DNA of 64,000 nucleotides from an uncultured Verrucomicrobiae bacterium. Lineage in GTDB: Bacteria > Verrucomicrobiota > Verrucomicrobiia > Chthoniobacterales > UBA10450. This document shows, piece by piece, positions 32,129 to 40,781 of this stretch. The stretch lies in the NCBI GenBank assembly GCA_963726745.1, contig CAVSDR010000006.1, positions 224,001-288,000 on the forward strand, read 5' to 3'. Both the position numbers and the translations under genes were made by a program. The stretch's first letter is position 1; every line of letters starts with the position of its first letter. Below the pieces are notes generated by a model that ran no database searches, was not told the origin of the DNA, and saw nothing but the letters and a program-made list of their open reading frames with translations.

Positions 32129-34891
32129 TCAAATCTTCTTTGCGGACTCCGCGCGGCGGCGATAGAGCGCGCGGTCGATCACGGCCGCCATCTCCCCGGC
32201 GCGCGGCAGGCGCTCCGGGCCAAGGAATTCCTGCAAGCGTTCGACCGCCCGGTGGGGCTCGGAAACGAGCAGGTGATGATCCAGCTCAAGCGTCTCCGCA
32301 TTGGCCACAGAGCGGAGCCAAAGCCGGGTCTCGTCGCGGTGCGCGGTGAGGGCTTGCTGCAGTTGCTTTTCGTCGAGCTCCGCGCCCTTCTCGCCGCGCC
32401 GCCGGAGCATGGCTGCCTGCGATTGCACCACCTCGGCGATGTCGCGCGTCAGGAAGATGATCTTGTAATGATGCTTCCGCGGCAGCTGCCGCAGGAGCAT
32501 GGAGATGCATTTGATCGCGCGGCCATCGAGGCCCTCGGCGTCGAGCGCTTCCGGGTGCTGCCCGATCTGCTTGATCGGTTCCCATTCGAAGTAGCCTCGG
32601 GGGTTGTCGACATCGGCCACGCGCGCGCCATCCGTGAGCAGAGGAACGCCGCCAGCCTCGAGCATTTGCATCATCAAGGAAGTGCCGGAACGCGGCAGCC
32701 CGGAGACGATGATGAAGGTCCTCCCGGAAGGCTCGGCCTCGCCGGGGGCGAAGAGATTGGGCCGCGCCTGCTGGATCCGGGCCAGGCGCTCGGCCGGCGA
32801 AGGCAGCGGGCCGATCACCGCACGCTCCACGCGTGCGCGGCTGCGCCGGCTTTGGGAATCCTGGACGCGGTTTTGCGATTGGCGCTGCGCTTCGTGCGCG
32901 AAAGTGCTGGCTAAAATTTCATCGTCCGCCCGGGTGCGGTAGAGCGCGGCCAGCCAGCGATGCGCGGGCACGTAGTCCGGCCGCATCACGATGGTGCGCC
33001 GGAAGGCCACGATGGCTTCCTCGAGCTTCTCCTCCCGCGCCAGGGCGACCCCGAGATAGAAGTGCGCCTGCGGCAATTGATAGAGCAACTGCACCGCCTC
33101 GAGCGCGGCATCGATCGCTCCCTGGTTATCGCGCCGGTGCAGGCGCACCATTGCCAGGCCTTCCCAGCCGGTGGCGCTTTCCGCATCCAGCTCGACCGCT
33201 CGCTGGAAGCAAACCTCAGCGTGTCCCCATTGCTTCAGCTGCACCCACAGCCAGCCAGTTTCCACCCAGGTCGACGGCAACCGCAGCATCGTTTGCATGA
33301 CCCGGCGGAGGCAATCGATCGCCGCATCGCGCTCTTCCAGGCCGAGCTTCGCGCGGGCGCGCAGAATCCAGGCGACGAGGGGCGTGTCCTCCTCGGTTGC
33401 CGGCGGGTAGGCCTGCGCGAGCAAGCGATCGGCAGCCAGGTAATAGCCGGCCTTGAGGTAGGCGTTTGCCAGTTGGTGGAGATAACGGCTTTCCCAAGGG
33501 CGCGCCTGAACCAGCTTCTCCATCACCTCCACGGCCTCGAGCGCGCGCCCGCTCGAAAGCAGCACCTGCGAAGCATTATATTGCGACTCCAGCTTCACTC
33601 CGGCGCCCCGATCGAGCGATGGGTCCTCGATATATCCCAAGGCGGCGAATTGCTGCAGCAGCTCCTCACTGTCTTCGGTTGTGTTTTCCCAGGTGAAACC
33701 CGGAGGATGCTCCCCGGTGTCTCCTTCCACCTGGTCCCAGGACGGAATGCGTTCCGGGACCGAGCCGCCCTCGATGGCTTCCGTGAGCACTTTGCCATCC
33801 ATATCTGCTCCAGCGGGCAATCCCACGAGAGCCAGAATCGTAGGGGTGACGTCGAGCAGCGTCGCACCATAGATCCGCTCGTCGCGCCGGACGCCCGGGC
33901 CGGAGAGAACGATCATGCCGTATTCGCGATGCCAGAAGATAGGCCCGGCCGGATCTTGCGGATTGCCCAGCGGGCGAAGGTCGCCGGACTGGAAGCCATG
34001 ATCGGAGCAGACGACCACGAGCGTTTCCGGCCCCGCGAGCTCGACCAGCCGGGCCAGCATTAAATCCTGCAGCCGGTAGATGCTCTCGACCACGCCTTGG
34101 TAGAGCTCGAATGGCTCCTCCGGGATGTGAGCCTGCCGCGGCGGATGAAAGGGCATGAAGCTGTGCGAAAAGTGATCGATCGCGTCGAAATAAACCGCGG
34201 TGAACTCCCACTCGGCCCGCTCCATCGCGGCGGTGGCGACCGCCTGCGTGGTGAGGCATTCACTCAGGAGGCTGACAAAAGCTTCCAGCATGCGGTCCTG
34301 GCTTTGGTCGATCTCGGCCGCGCGTGGAATGAACGGGAGGACCAACTCTTCGGTCACCTCTGCAGGCAGCATGCGCAGGGGCCCGAACTCGTCGGCTAAA
34401 TTCGCCGGATGGATCGAGCCCGGCGGGACGCGCCAAGTCTCCGCGCCTACGGGCCGCGTCTGCCGGAAGTAATCCGTGACCACGGTCCCATGGAGCGGTT
34501 CCGCTGGATGGCTGGCCCACCAGGCGATGACGTTGCAACGCCAGCCGAGCGCTTGTTGCAGGATGTTCCAGAGCGCCTTGGTCCGCCGGCTGGTGGAGGC
34601 CACGGGCCGCAGCCGGCCCGAGGGATCGGCCTCGGTAAAGCCGAGGATGCCATGCTTGTCGGCCGTCTTGCCGGTGACGATCGAGGTCCAGAGCATCGGC
34701 GAGATCATCGGATGCAGCGTGGAGAGATTCCCCATCACGCCGTGCTCGATTAACTTCGCCAGCGCGGGCATTTTCCCGGCGTCGAGCAGCGGGGAAATCA
34801 CTCTCCAGTCAGCGGCATCCCAGCCGACCAGCAGGATGCGCCGGGGCTTGCTCGCGGAAGCTGGGGGGGAATGCGGAGGTTCCGGAGTCAT
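32129..34891 (-). CDS. Alkaline-phosphatase-superfamily (type I phosphodiesterase) + TPR + sulfotransferase fusion protein
   Basis: LLVGWDAAD, SPMLWTSIVTG, YFDAIDHFSH, SDHGF; TPR-like helices (AHFYLGVALAREEKLEEAIVAFRRTI); C-terminal VSGLPRSGTSLMMQML PAPS-binding loop and KIIFLTRD. Confidence 0.85.
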   Translation of the reverse strand: MTPEPPHSPPASASKPRRILLVGWDAADWRVISPLLDAGKMPALAKLIEHGVMGNLSTLHPMISPMLWTSIVTGKTADKHGILGFTEADPSGRLRPVASTSRRTKALWNILQQALGWRCNVIAWWASHPAEPLHGTVVTDYFRQTRPVGAETWRVPPGSIHPANLADEFGPLRMLPAEVTEELVLPFIPRAAEIDQSQDRMLEAFVSLLSECLTTQAVATAAMERAEWEFTAVYFDAIDHFSHSFMPFHPPRQAHIPEEPFELYQGVVESIYRLQDLMLARLVELAGPETLVVVCSDHGFQSGDLRPLGNPQDPAGPIFWHREYGMIVLSGPGVRRDERIYGATLLDVTPTILALVGLPAGADMDGKVLTEAIEGGSVPERIPSWDQVEGDTGEHPPGFTWENTTEDSEELLQQFAALGYIEDPSLDRGAGVKLESQYNASQVLLSSGRALEAVEVMEKLVQARPWESRYLHQLANAYLKAGYYLAADRLLAQAYPPATEEDTPLVAWILRARAKLGLEERDAAIDCLRRVMQTMLRLPSTWVETGWLWVQLKQWGHAEVCFQRAVELDAESATGWEGLAMVRLHRRDNQGAIDAALEAVQLLYQLPQAHFYLGVALAREEKLEEAIVAFRRTIVMRPDYVPAHRWLAALYRTRADDEILASTFAHEAQRQSQNRVQDSQSRRSRARVERAVIGPLPSPAERLARIQQARPNLFAPGEAEPSGRTFIIVSGLPRSGTSLMMQMLEAGGVPLLTDGARVADVDNPRGYFEWEPIKQIGQHPEALDAEGLDGRAIKCISMLLRQLPRKHHYKIIFLTRDIAEVVQSQAAMLRRRGEKGAELDEKQLQQALTAHRDETRLWLRSVANAETLELDHHLLVSEPHRAVERLQEFLGPERLPRAGEMAAVIDRALYRRRAESAKKI

Positions 34892-35027
34892 CGAGGGATT
34901 GCATTAAAGCAGAGAAGGCGCGTGGAGGAATGAATTTTGCGGGCCTAATAGATTTTTCATATTGACGAAACGCTGCCCCTTCGCAAAGGATGCAACCCGC
35001 TCAGAAACAAATCCTTCCTTACCTCAC

Positions 35028-35771
35028 ATGAAATCGACTTCCCCTGCCTCCTCCCCCCGCGACCTCCGGCTTCTGCGCTACTGCGCCACCGGCCTTGGCG
35101 CCGCCGCCGTCACTGGCGCGGTGACCCAGGCCGACGCCGCGATCGTGTTCGTGAATTACAATAATCAGGTCGTCCTCGATACCACTCCCGCCGACAGTAC
35201 ATTTACCCTCTTCAGTTTTGACCTGGACGGAAATGGGACGATCGATTTCCGGCTGGGCCAGCGCACGGGCGACACCAATGGCGGTGGCGCTATCGTCCTC
35301 GCGCCTACGGGCGGGACCCTCGGAGTGATCGGCATTTCTTCCTCGGGCTACAACTATGCGGGCCGTCTGGGTGGGGGCGTGAACGTCGGACCCGGGGCCG
35401 GCTTCCTGAACCTGACCGGCTCGGGATTCGGCGCCCGCGCCAGTCTTGCGAGCGGCAACGGTTTCCCCAACAGCCAGTGGGCCAGCCCCTCGCCTTCGAC
35501 CGGTTATCTCGGCTTGCGCTTCACCGGTGTCGGCGGAGTGACCCAGTACGCCTGGCTGCAATTGACCGTGGACGGGAACACCAACCCAGGGGCCCGCAAG
35601 ATCACGCTCATCGGGGCGGCGTTCGAGAACACCGGCGCAGCCATCCAAACTGGCGCGGTCCCGGAACCCACGACCACCTCTCTCGGGTTGCTCGCGCTCG
35701 GCGCTTTTGGCCTGATGGCGCACCGCAAACGCACCGCGGCACGCCGCGCGGCCGCCCAGGCTGCTGCCTAA
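35028..35771 (+). CDS. PEP-CTERM protein, Gly/Ser/Thr-rich beta passenger
   Basis: Extended leader ending TQADA, FDLDGNGTIDF, GYLGLRF..QYAWLQL, C-terminal VPEP + TM + basic tail. Confidence 0.85.
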   Translation: MKSTSPASSPRDLRLLRYCATGLGAAAVTGAVTQADAAIVFVNYNNQVVLDTTPADSTFTLFSFDLDGNGTIDFRLGQRTGDTNGGGAIVLAPTGGTLGVIGISSSGYNYAGRLGGGVNVGPGAGFLNLTGSGFGARASLASGNGFPNSQWASPSPSTGYLGLRFTGVGGVTQYAWLQLTVDGNTNPGARKITLIGAAFENTGAAIQTGAVPEPTTTSLGLLALGAFGLMAHRKRTAARRAAAQAAA

Positions 35772-35789
35772 CGAAATCTGCTCTCGCGC

Positions 35790-35829
35790 GCGCCGGTCGT
35801 TGCCTCTGCAGCGGCCGGCGCTTTTTTTT
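35790..35829 (+). terminator. Intrinsic terminator
   Basis: 14-bp stem GCGCCGGTCGTTGC-CTCT-GCAGCGGCCGGCGC followed by T8. Confidence 0.85.
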
Positions 35830-35898
35830 GCGCGCGTCGTGCTGGCTCCGGGCGACATTCCCGCTGGCAAAATGCTCCGCTGCGCCTAATCTGCGCAG

Positions 35899-36708
35899 AT
35901 GTTTTTTCGCACCGGCCTCGCCCTGGCGGGATTGATCGGCAGCGCCTGCGCCCTCCTTGCGGAGCCGGCGGCGTTGACCCCGGAGGAAATGGCCCGAGCG
36001 GTCCATAGCGACGCGGTCACCATTCCCAGCCCGGGCGAGCTCTTTGCCGCGCTCTCGAAGCCAGGGAAGCCGGACTGGGCCTCGCATTTCCGCAGCGCCG
36101 TGCCCACGACCTACAACAACCGCGCGCAGATCGCGCTCAACCTCGGCGGCCTGGTGGCCGATGGCTTCATCGCGGTCGAGGCGCAGGATAGCCAGCAAGT
36201 GAAGAATACCGGGGCCGACATCCTCAAGCTCGCGAAGGCGCTGGGCGTGAGCGAGAACGTCCTCGGCCGCGGCAAGAGCATCAACGAATTTGCCGAGAGC
36301 GATAACTGGAGCGCGCTCCAGGAGGAACTCGAGTCGACGCAAAACGAGGTCAAGACCTCGATGCAATCAAACCACGACACGGATTACGTGATCCTGGTGA
36401 GCCTCGGCGGGTGGATCCGCGGGACGGAAGTGGTCACATCGTTGCTCCTGAAGGATTACAACGAAGAGACCGCCAAGGTCCTGCGCCAGCCGGCGCTCGT
36501 TGGCTACCTCCAGTCGAAGGTAAAAGAAGTTTCGCCCGAGCTGCAGAACGAGCCGCTGGTGAAATCCGTCAGCGAACAGCTCTCGGAAATTCAAAAACTC
36601 GTCACCTTTCCCGGCTCCGGCACGCCAACGGCTGAAGAGGTGGCGCAGCTGCATACCGCGGTCACGAAATTAATGGAACTGATTCAAAGCAAACCGGAGG
36701 CAAAATGA
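35899..36708 (+). CDS. Hypothetical secreted alpha-helical protein
   Basis: Signal peptide; normal composition; ATGA overlap with the next gene. Confidence 0.7.
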   Translation: MFFRTGLALAGLIGSACALLAEPAALTPEEMARAVHSDAVTIPSPGELFAALSKPGKPDWASHFRSAVPTTYNNRAQIALNLGGLVADGFIAVEAQDSQQVKNTGADILKLAKALGVSENVLGRGKSINEFAESDNWSALQEELESTQNEVKTSMQSNHDTDYVILVSLGGWIRGTEVVTSLLLKDYNEETAKVLRQPALVGYLQSKVKEVSPELQNEPLVKSVSEQLSEIQKLVTFPGSGTPTAEEVAQLHTAVTKLMELIQSKPEAK

Positions 36709-37133
36709 AGCGTGCCTGTTTTCTCCTGCTCGCTCTCGTCGCAGCCAGCTCCTCTCTGCGCGCGGCCCCGACCGACAACGAAGTCGAGGCGCACAAGATC
36801 GCCCTGGAATTAGCCGGCGCTTTCTCGAACGACGGTTTCAAGATTCGCGATGGCCATTGGGCCGGGCAACTCTCGAAAAATACCAGGCAGCTCGTGGCGG
36901 TGAATCTCTACGCGGGGAACCAGTATTGGTTCTCTGCCGGTGCCGCGGGCGCGAAAAACTTCGCGGTGCATCTTTTCGATGAAACCGGGCAGCCGCTGGC
37001 GACGGAGAACTTCGCCGACGAGGAGAAAGCAGCGGCCGGTTTTGCGCCAACGACGAGCGGGCAATACTTCGTGCAGATCGATCCGCAGAACGTCGACGGC
37101 GCCACTTTTTGCCTCGTCTATTCTTATAAATGA
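36705..37133 (+). CDS. Hypothetical secreted beta-sandwich protein
   Basis: Signal peptide ending LRA; VNLYAGNQYWF, SGQYFV; coupled to both neighbours. Confidence 0.7.
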   Translation: MKRACFLLLALVAASSSLRAAPTDNEVEAHKIALELAGAFSNDGFKIRDGHWAGQLSKNTRQLVAVNLYAGNQYWFSAGAAGAKNFAVHLFDETGQPLATENFADEEKAAAGFAPTTSGQYFVQIDPQNVDGATFCLVYSYK

Positions 37134-37588
37134 AAGTGCTCCCTCTCGCTTTGCTCGCGTTCGCGCTTGCTCTGGCCGCCTGTTCGACGGCCAACAAGAT
37201 CACGTCCGCGGACACGAAGAACGGGAAGCTTTTTGCCGTCGCCGCCGACCAGACAGCGTTTTATCGCTACGGCCCGCAGCAGGGCAATGGCCCCGATGAG
37301 CAGCTCCCGCGCGACACTTTGATGACGCTCATTCGCCCTTCCTTCGGTTACTGCAAAGTGCAGCTCGTCACCGGCGCGAAGGAGGGCTACGTCGCGAGCG
37401 AAGACATTCGCCCGGCGCCGCCCACGCTCTTGGCTTCGCTCAATCCCCCGCCGCCGAGCACGACCACTCCGGCGGTGGAAAATTTCGACATCCACTCCTC
37501 CGAGCCGCCGCCGCCGGAAAACCTTCCGATGCCCGATCTCCCGCCCGCGGCCGACGCCCCGGCGCCTTCGCCGACCCCGGAGATTTAG
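37130..37588 (+). CDS. Lipoprotein with SH3-like domain and Pro-rich tail
   Basis: Lipobox LAAC; FYRYGP...GYCKVQL..EGYVASEDI resembles bacterial SH3. Confidence 0.7.
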   Translation: MKVLPLALLAFALALAACSTANKITSADTKNGKLFAVAADQTAFYRYGPQQGNGPDEQLPRDTLMTLIRPSFGYCKVQLVTGAKEGYVASEDIRPAPPTLLASLNPPPPSTTTPAVENFDIHSSEPPPPENLPMPDLPPAADAPAPSPTPEI

Positions 37589-37637
37589 CCAGCAAGCTGG
37601 CGCCCGCGGCCGCCGCGGGGCCACCTTGCGCAGCGCG

Positions 37638-37913
37638 ATGATTGCGAAGCAGGTTTTCTTTCAAGGCCACGTGCAAGGCGTGGGCTTCCGCTACTCCGTA
37701 AAGCAGATCGCGCACGGCTTTGCCGTCATCGGCTGGGTGCGCAATCTTGCCGATGGCCGGGTGGAAATGCAGGTCGCAGGGGAAGCGGAGGAGCTGGCCG
37801 CGTTCCTCGAGGCGATCGGGCAAAGCCACCTGCGGGCGCACATCCGCGGGCAAACCGAGCACTCGTTAGACCAGCCGCCGGTCGCGCGCGGATTCGAGAT
37901 TCATCATGACTGA
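37638..37913 (+). CDS. acyP: Acylphosphatase
   Basis: GHVQGVGFR and GWVRNLADGRVE. Confidence 0.92.
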   Translation: MIAKQVFFQGHVQGVGFRYSVKQIAHGFAVIGWVRNLADGRVEMQVAGEAEELAAFLEAIGQSHLRAHIRGQTEHSLDQPPVARGFEIHHD

Positions 37914-38778
37914 GTCAGCGCCACCGGCAGTGGCCGTGACGGATGTGACCAAGGTCTTTCCGAGCCCCTTTCGGCGCAGCTCGGTCGTCGCGGTGCGTGA
38001 TCTTAGCCTGCAGGTTGAGCCCGGTGAAATTTACGGGCTCCTGGGCCCGAATGGTTCCGGCAAAAGCACCACCCTTAAAATAATCCTCGGCCTTGTCTCT
38101 CCCACCCGCGGGCATGCGGAGATTTTCGGCCGCGCGAGCGACCTCGTGGCCAGCCGCGCGGCCGTCGGTTTCCTTCCCGAGAGCCCTTACTTCTACAAGT
38201 TCCTCACCGCCGCGGAGACCCTGCGTTTCTTCGGGAAACTGTGCGGGCTGGGCGGCCAGGCGCTCGCGGCGCGGGTCGAGGAATTGCTCGACCTCGTGGG
38301 CCTAACGAAGGCGCGCGATCGCCGGCTGGCTGGCTTTTCCAAGGGCATGCTCCAGCGCATCGGCCTGGCGCAGGCGCTGGTAAACGATCCGCGATTGGTT
38401 GTCCTGGATGAGCCCACGGCCGGGGTCGATCCCGCCGGCTCGCGCGACATTCGCGATCTGCTCCTGCGCCTGAAAGCGCGCGGCATGACCGTCCTGCTTT
38501 CGTCGCATTTGCTCGAGCAGGTCCAGGAAGTTTGCGATCGCGTCGGCATTTTGGCCAACGGGCGTCTGGTGCGTCAGGGCCGGATCGATGAACTGCTCGC
38601 GGTGCAGAATCAGACCGAACTCGTCTTGCAGAATGCCGGCCCGGAATTACTCAGCGAGATCCGAAAATTAGCCGGCAACTTGGGCGCGGAAGTGATCGCC
38701 GAACGCGTCCCGCAGACTACCTTGGAACGCCTCTTCCTCCAGGCCACCCAGTCTGCGCCCGAGCCTAACGAGGAATAA
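37906..38778 (+). CDS. ABC transporter ATP-binding protein (export type)
   Basis: GPNGSGKST, FSKGMLQR, LDEPT, SSH. Confidence 0.92.
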   Translation: MTESAPPAVAVTDVTKVFPSPFRRSSVVAVRDLSLQVEPGEIYGLLGPNGSGKSTTLKIILGLVSPTRGHAEIFGRASDLVASRAAVGFLPESPYFYKFLTAAETLRFFGKLCGLGGQALAARVEELLDLVGLTKARDRRLAGFSKGMLQRIGLAQALVNDPRLVVLDEPTAGVDPAGSRDIRDLLLRLKARGMTVLLSSHLLEQVQEVCDRVGILANGRLVRQGRIDELLAVQNQTELVLQNAGPELLSEIRKLAGNLGAEVIAERVPQTTLERLFLQATQSAPEPNEE

Positions 38779-39634
38779 TTTCCGCCGAGGGCCGGCGGTT
38801 TTGCACCAGCGAGGTCGCGTTTTTGCGCTCGTTCTGCACGAAGGTGTTGTTGTCGCCGTACTGCGCCCACGGTCCTGGCGGCACATCCTTGAAGTCGACA
38901 AATTTCCAATCGGTCACATCCGTGTCCTGCATTCCGAGGAAGTCGCGCACCGCGGGCGAAACATCGAGCCCGGCGCCTTTGTTCAAGTTCGGCTTCGGGC
39001 GTTCGTTGCCGAAGACATACTGCCAGTGATCCGTGCGGAATGGGCCCGCGTCTTCCCATTGTGCGTAGGCCGTGCGGTTGCCTTTGCGAATCGCAATCCA
39101 GCGACCTTTGCAGGTGGAAACGCCGGGGCCTTGATACGCTTCCTTGAACCACGGCACCACCCGCGCCGCTTCCGGCCGATGACCTTCGCGCGCTTTGTCG
39201 TTATACGGCAGGGCGATGTAAAACGGGTTCTGCTTCGGCGTAAAATTGGCCGGGATCAGGTTCCGCCGCGACTCGGGATTCGGGTTGTCGTAACCGCCGT
39301 AATTTTTCGTCCAATCCTTGTCCCACGAGCTCGCGTGATTCGGCGTTGGATTATTCTCCGTCGGCTTTTCGCCGATCCAGAAGACCGTGGTCACGATGTC
39401 GTTCTTCCACGGGTATTCCTGCTTAGCCGGCGGCATGAAGAGCGTCCGATTCGTCGGCGCGAAGACCGAGGGGCCAGTGTTGGAACTGTTCGAGCCGCTG
39501 GTGCTTTCGCCCCCTTTTTTGCTCAGCTTCGTTTTCGAAACCTGCGCCGAGGGCGCGGCGGCCGCGTGGGTGAAAAGTGAAGTCACGGACGAGAGCAAGA
39601 CTGCGAAAGTGTGAGTAAGAGTTCCTGGTTTCAT
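38765..39634 (-). CDS. Hypothetical secreted protein, possibly RlpA-like double-psi beta-barrel
   Basis: Signal-like N-terminus; NPFYIALP, CKGRWIAI, AQWEDAGP and AGLDVSPAV resemble DPBB proteins. Confidence 0.6.
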   Translation of the reverse strand: MKPGTLTHTFAVLLSSVTSLFTHAAAAPSAQVSKTKLSKKGGESTSGSNSSNTGPSVFAPTNRTLFMPPAKQEYPWKNDIVTTVFWIGEKPTENNPTPNHASSWDKDWTKNYGGYDNPNPESRRNLIPANFTPKQNPFYIALPYNDKAREGHRPEAARVVPWFKEAYQGPGVSTCKGRWIAIRKGNRTAYAQWEDAGPFRTDHWQYVFGNERPKPNLNKGAGLDVSPAVRDFLGMQDTDVTDWKFVDFKDVPPGPWAQYGDNNTFVQNERKNATSLVQNRRPSAEIIPR

Positions 39635-39872
39635 GGGCTTGGGAGGACGCGAAGACGTCCGCAAAAAACGAACGGAAGAGAACCACAAACTGATTCGTTT
39701 GGGGGCGGGGCTCCGGGCGCATCGCGCAGTTGCTAAACTGCGGTGCAGAGGGCGAGCCGCGCCACCTCAGTTGGGGCGTTGTTTGGTGTCGCCTTCCCTG
39801 CCCCGGTTTCGCCCGGAAGTCAAGGAATGCGCCTGCGCTTCGCGCTTCGCGCCGGCGGCGATTCCGGATAGC

Positions 39873-40763
39873 ATGACCTCCATGAACGTGCGCGGCTTTC
39901 TCGTTTCCGGCTTCTTCGCTCTCCTCCTGGCGCCTGCGCTCCCGGCGCAAAGTCCCGCACCCGCACACGCCGGAAAAGAGATCGTGACTGCCTTCTGGAA
40001 CATCCGCTGGTTCCCCGGCGGCCGGCCAAATGCTTACCGCGCCGAGCAGGAAAAACAAACCCGCGCGGTCCATGCCGACATCGTGAAGCTGAACGCCGAC
40101 GTCATCGGCTTCGAGGAAGTGCGCGACTGGGAAAACGCCGGCCTGGCGGTGCGCCCGCTCGAGGGCTTCAAGGTCGACGTGTGTTCCACTTTTCCGCCCC
40201 GCGAAGGCCAAACCGAGACGCAGCAAGTTGCGATCGTTAGCCGCCTGCAGCCGATCAGCGCGTGGGCCGAGGAATGGAAACCTGGCGCCGCGGTCACGCC
40301 GCCGCGCGGCTTTGCCTTCGCCGCGTATGAACTTGCCGCCAAAAAACTTTTGCTGGTCTACGCGCTGCACTTGAAGAGCAACCGCGGCGACGCGCTCGAG
40401 GACATCGCCATTCGCGAAGAATCGATGCGGCAATTAATCGACCACATGAAGGCGATGAACCTCGCCTATCGCGGCCTCGGCGAGATCACCTGGGTCGTCG
40501 GCGGCGACTTCAACACCGCGCCGGACGATCCGCGCTTCAAGGACGAGAAAACCACTACGCAGCTGACCGACATCGGCTTCCAATGGGTTTGGAAAAACAT
40601 GCCGAAAGAGCAGCGCATCACCATGCCGCCGGACAAGCGTTTCCCGGCCGCGACCTTCGACCACATTTTCTTTCGTGGCGCGACCCTGCGCAAAGCCGAG
40701 GTCATTCCCACGGCGGAAGCTTCGAGCGATCACCGCGCGGTGCGCGGCGTTTTCGCGTTTTAG
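39873..40763 (+). CDS. Secreted endonuclease/exonuclease/phosphatase (EEP) family protein
   Basis: FWNIRWF, DVIGFEEV, HLKS, GGDFN, FDHIF, SDH; signal peptide. Confidence 0.85.
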   Translation: MTSMNVRGFLVSGFFALLLAPALPAQSPAPAHAGKEIVTAFWNIRWFPGGRPNAYRAEQEKQTRAVHADIVKLNADVIGFEEVRDWENAGLAVRPLEGFKVDVCSTFPPREGQTETQQVAIVSRLQPISAWAEEWKPGAAVTPPRGFAFAAYELAAKKLLLVYALHLKSNRGDALEDIAIREESMRQLIDHMKAMNLAYRGLGEITWVVGGDFNTAPDDPRFKDEKTTTQLTDIGFQWVWKNMPKEQRITMPPDKRFPAATFDHIFFRGATLRKAEVIPTAEASSDHRAVRGVFAF

Positions 40764-40781
40764 CCGGCGACTCGGCGGCGG

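Noticed and set aside
39660..39800. Possible c-di-AMP (ydaO) riboswitch suggested by GAACGGAAGAGAACCA...TTTGGGGG
   Set aside because: The other conserved elements (GCTGAATC, CCGTCAGCTAAC) are missing; the resemblance is superficial.
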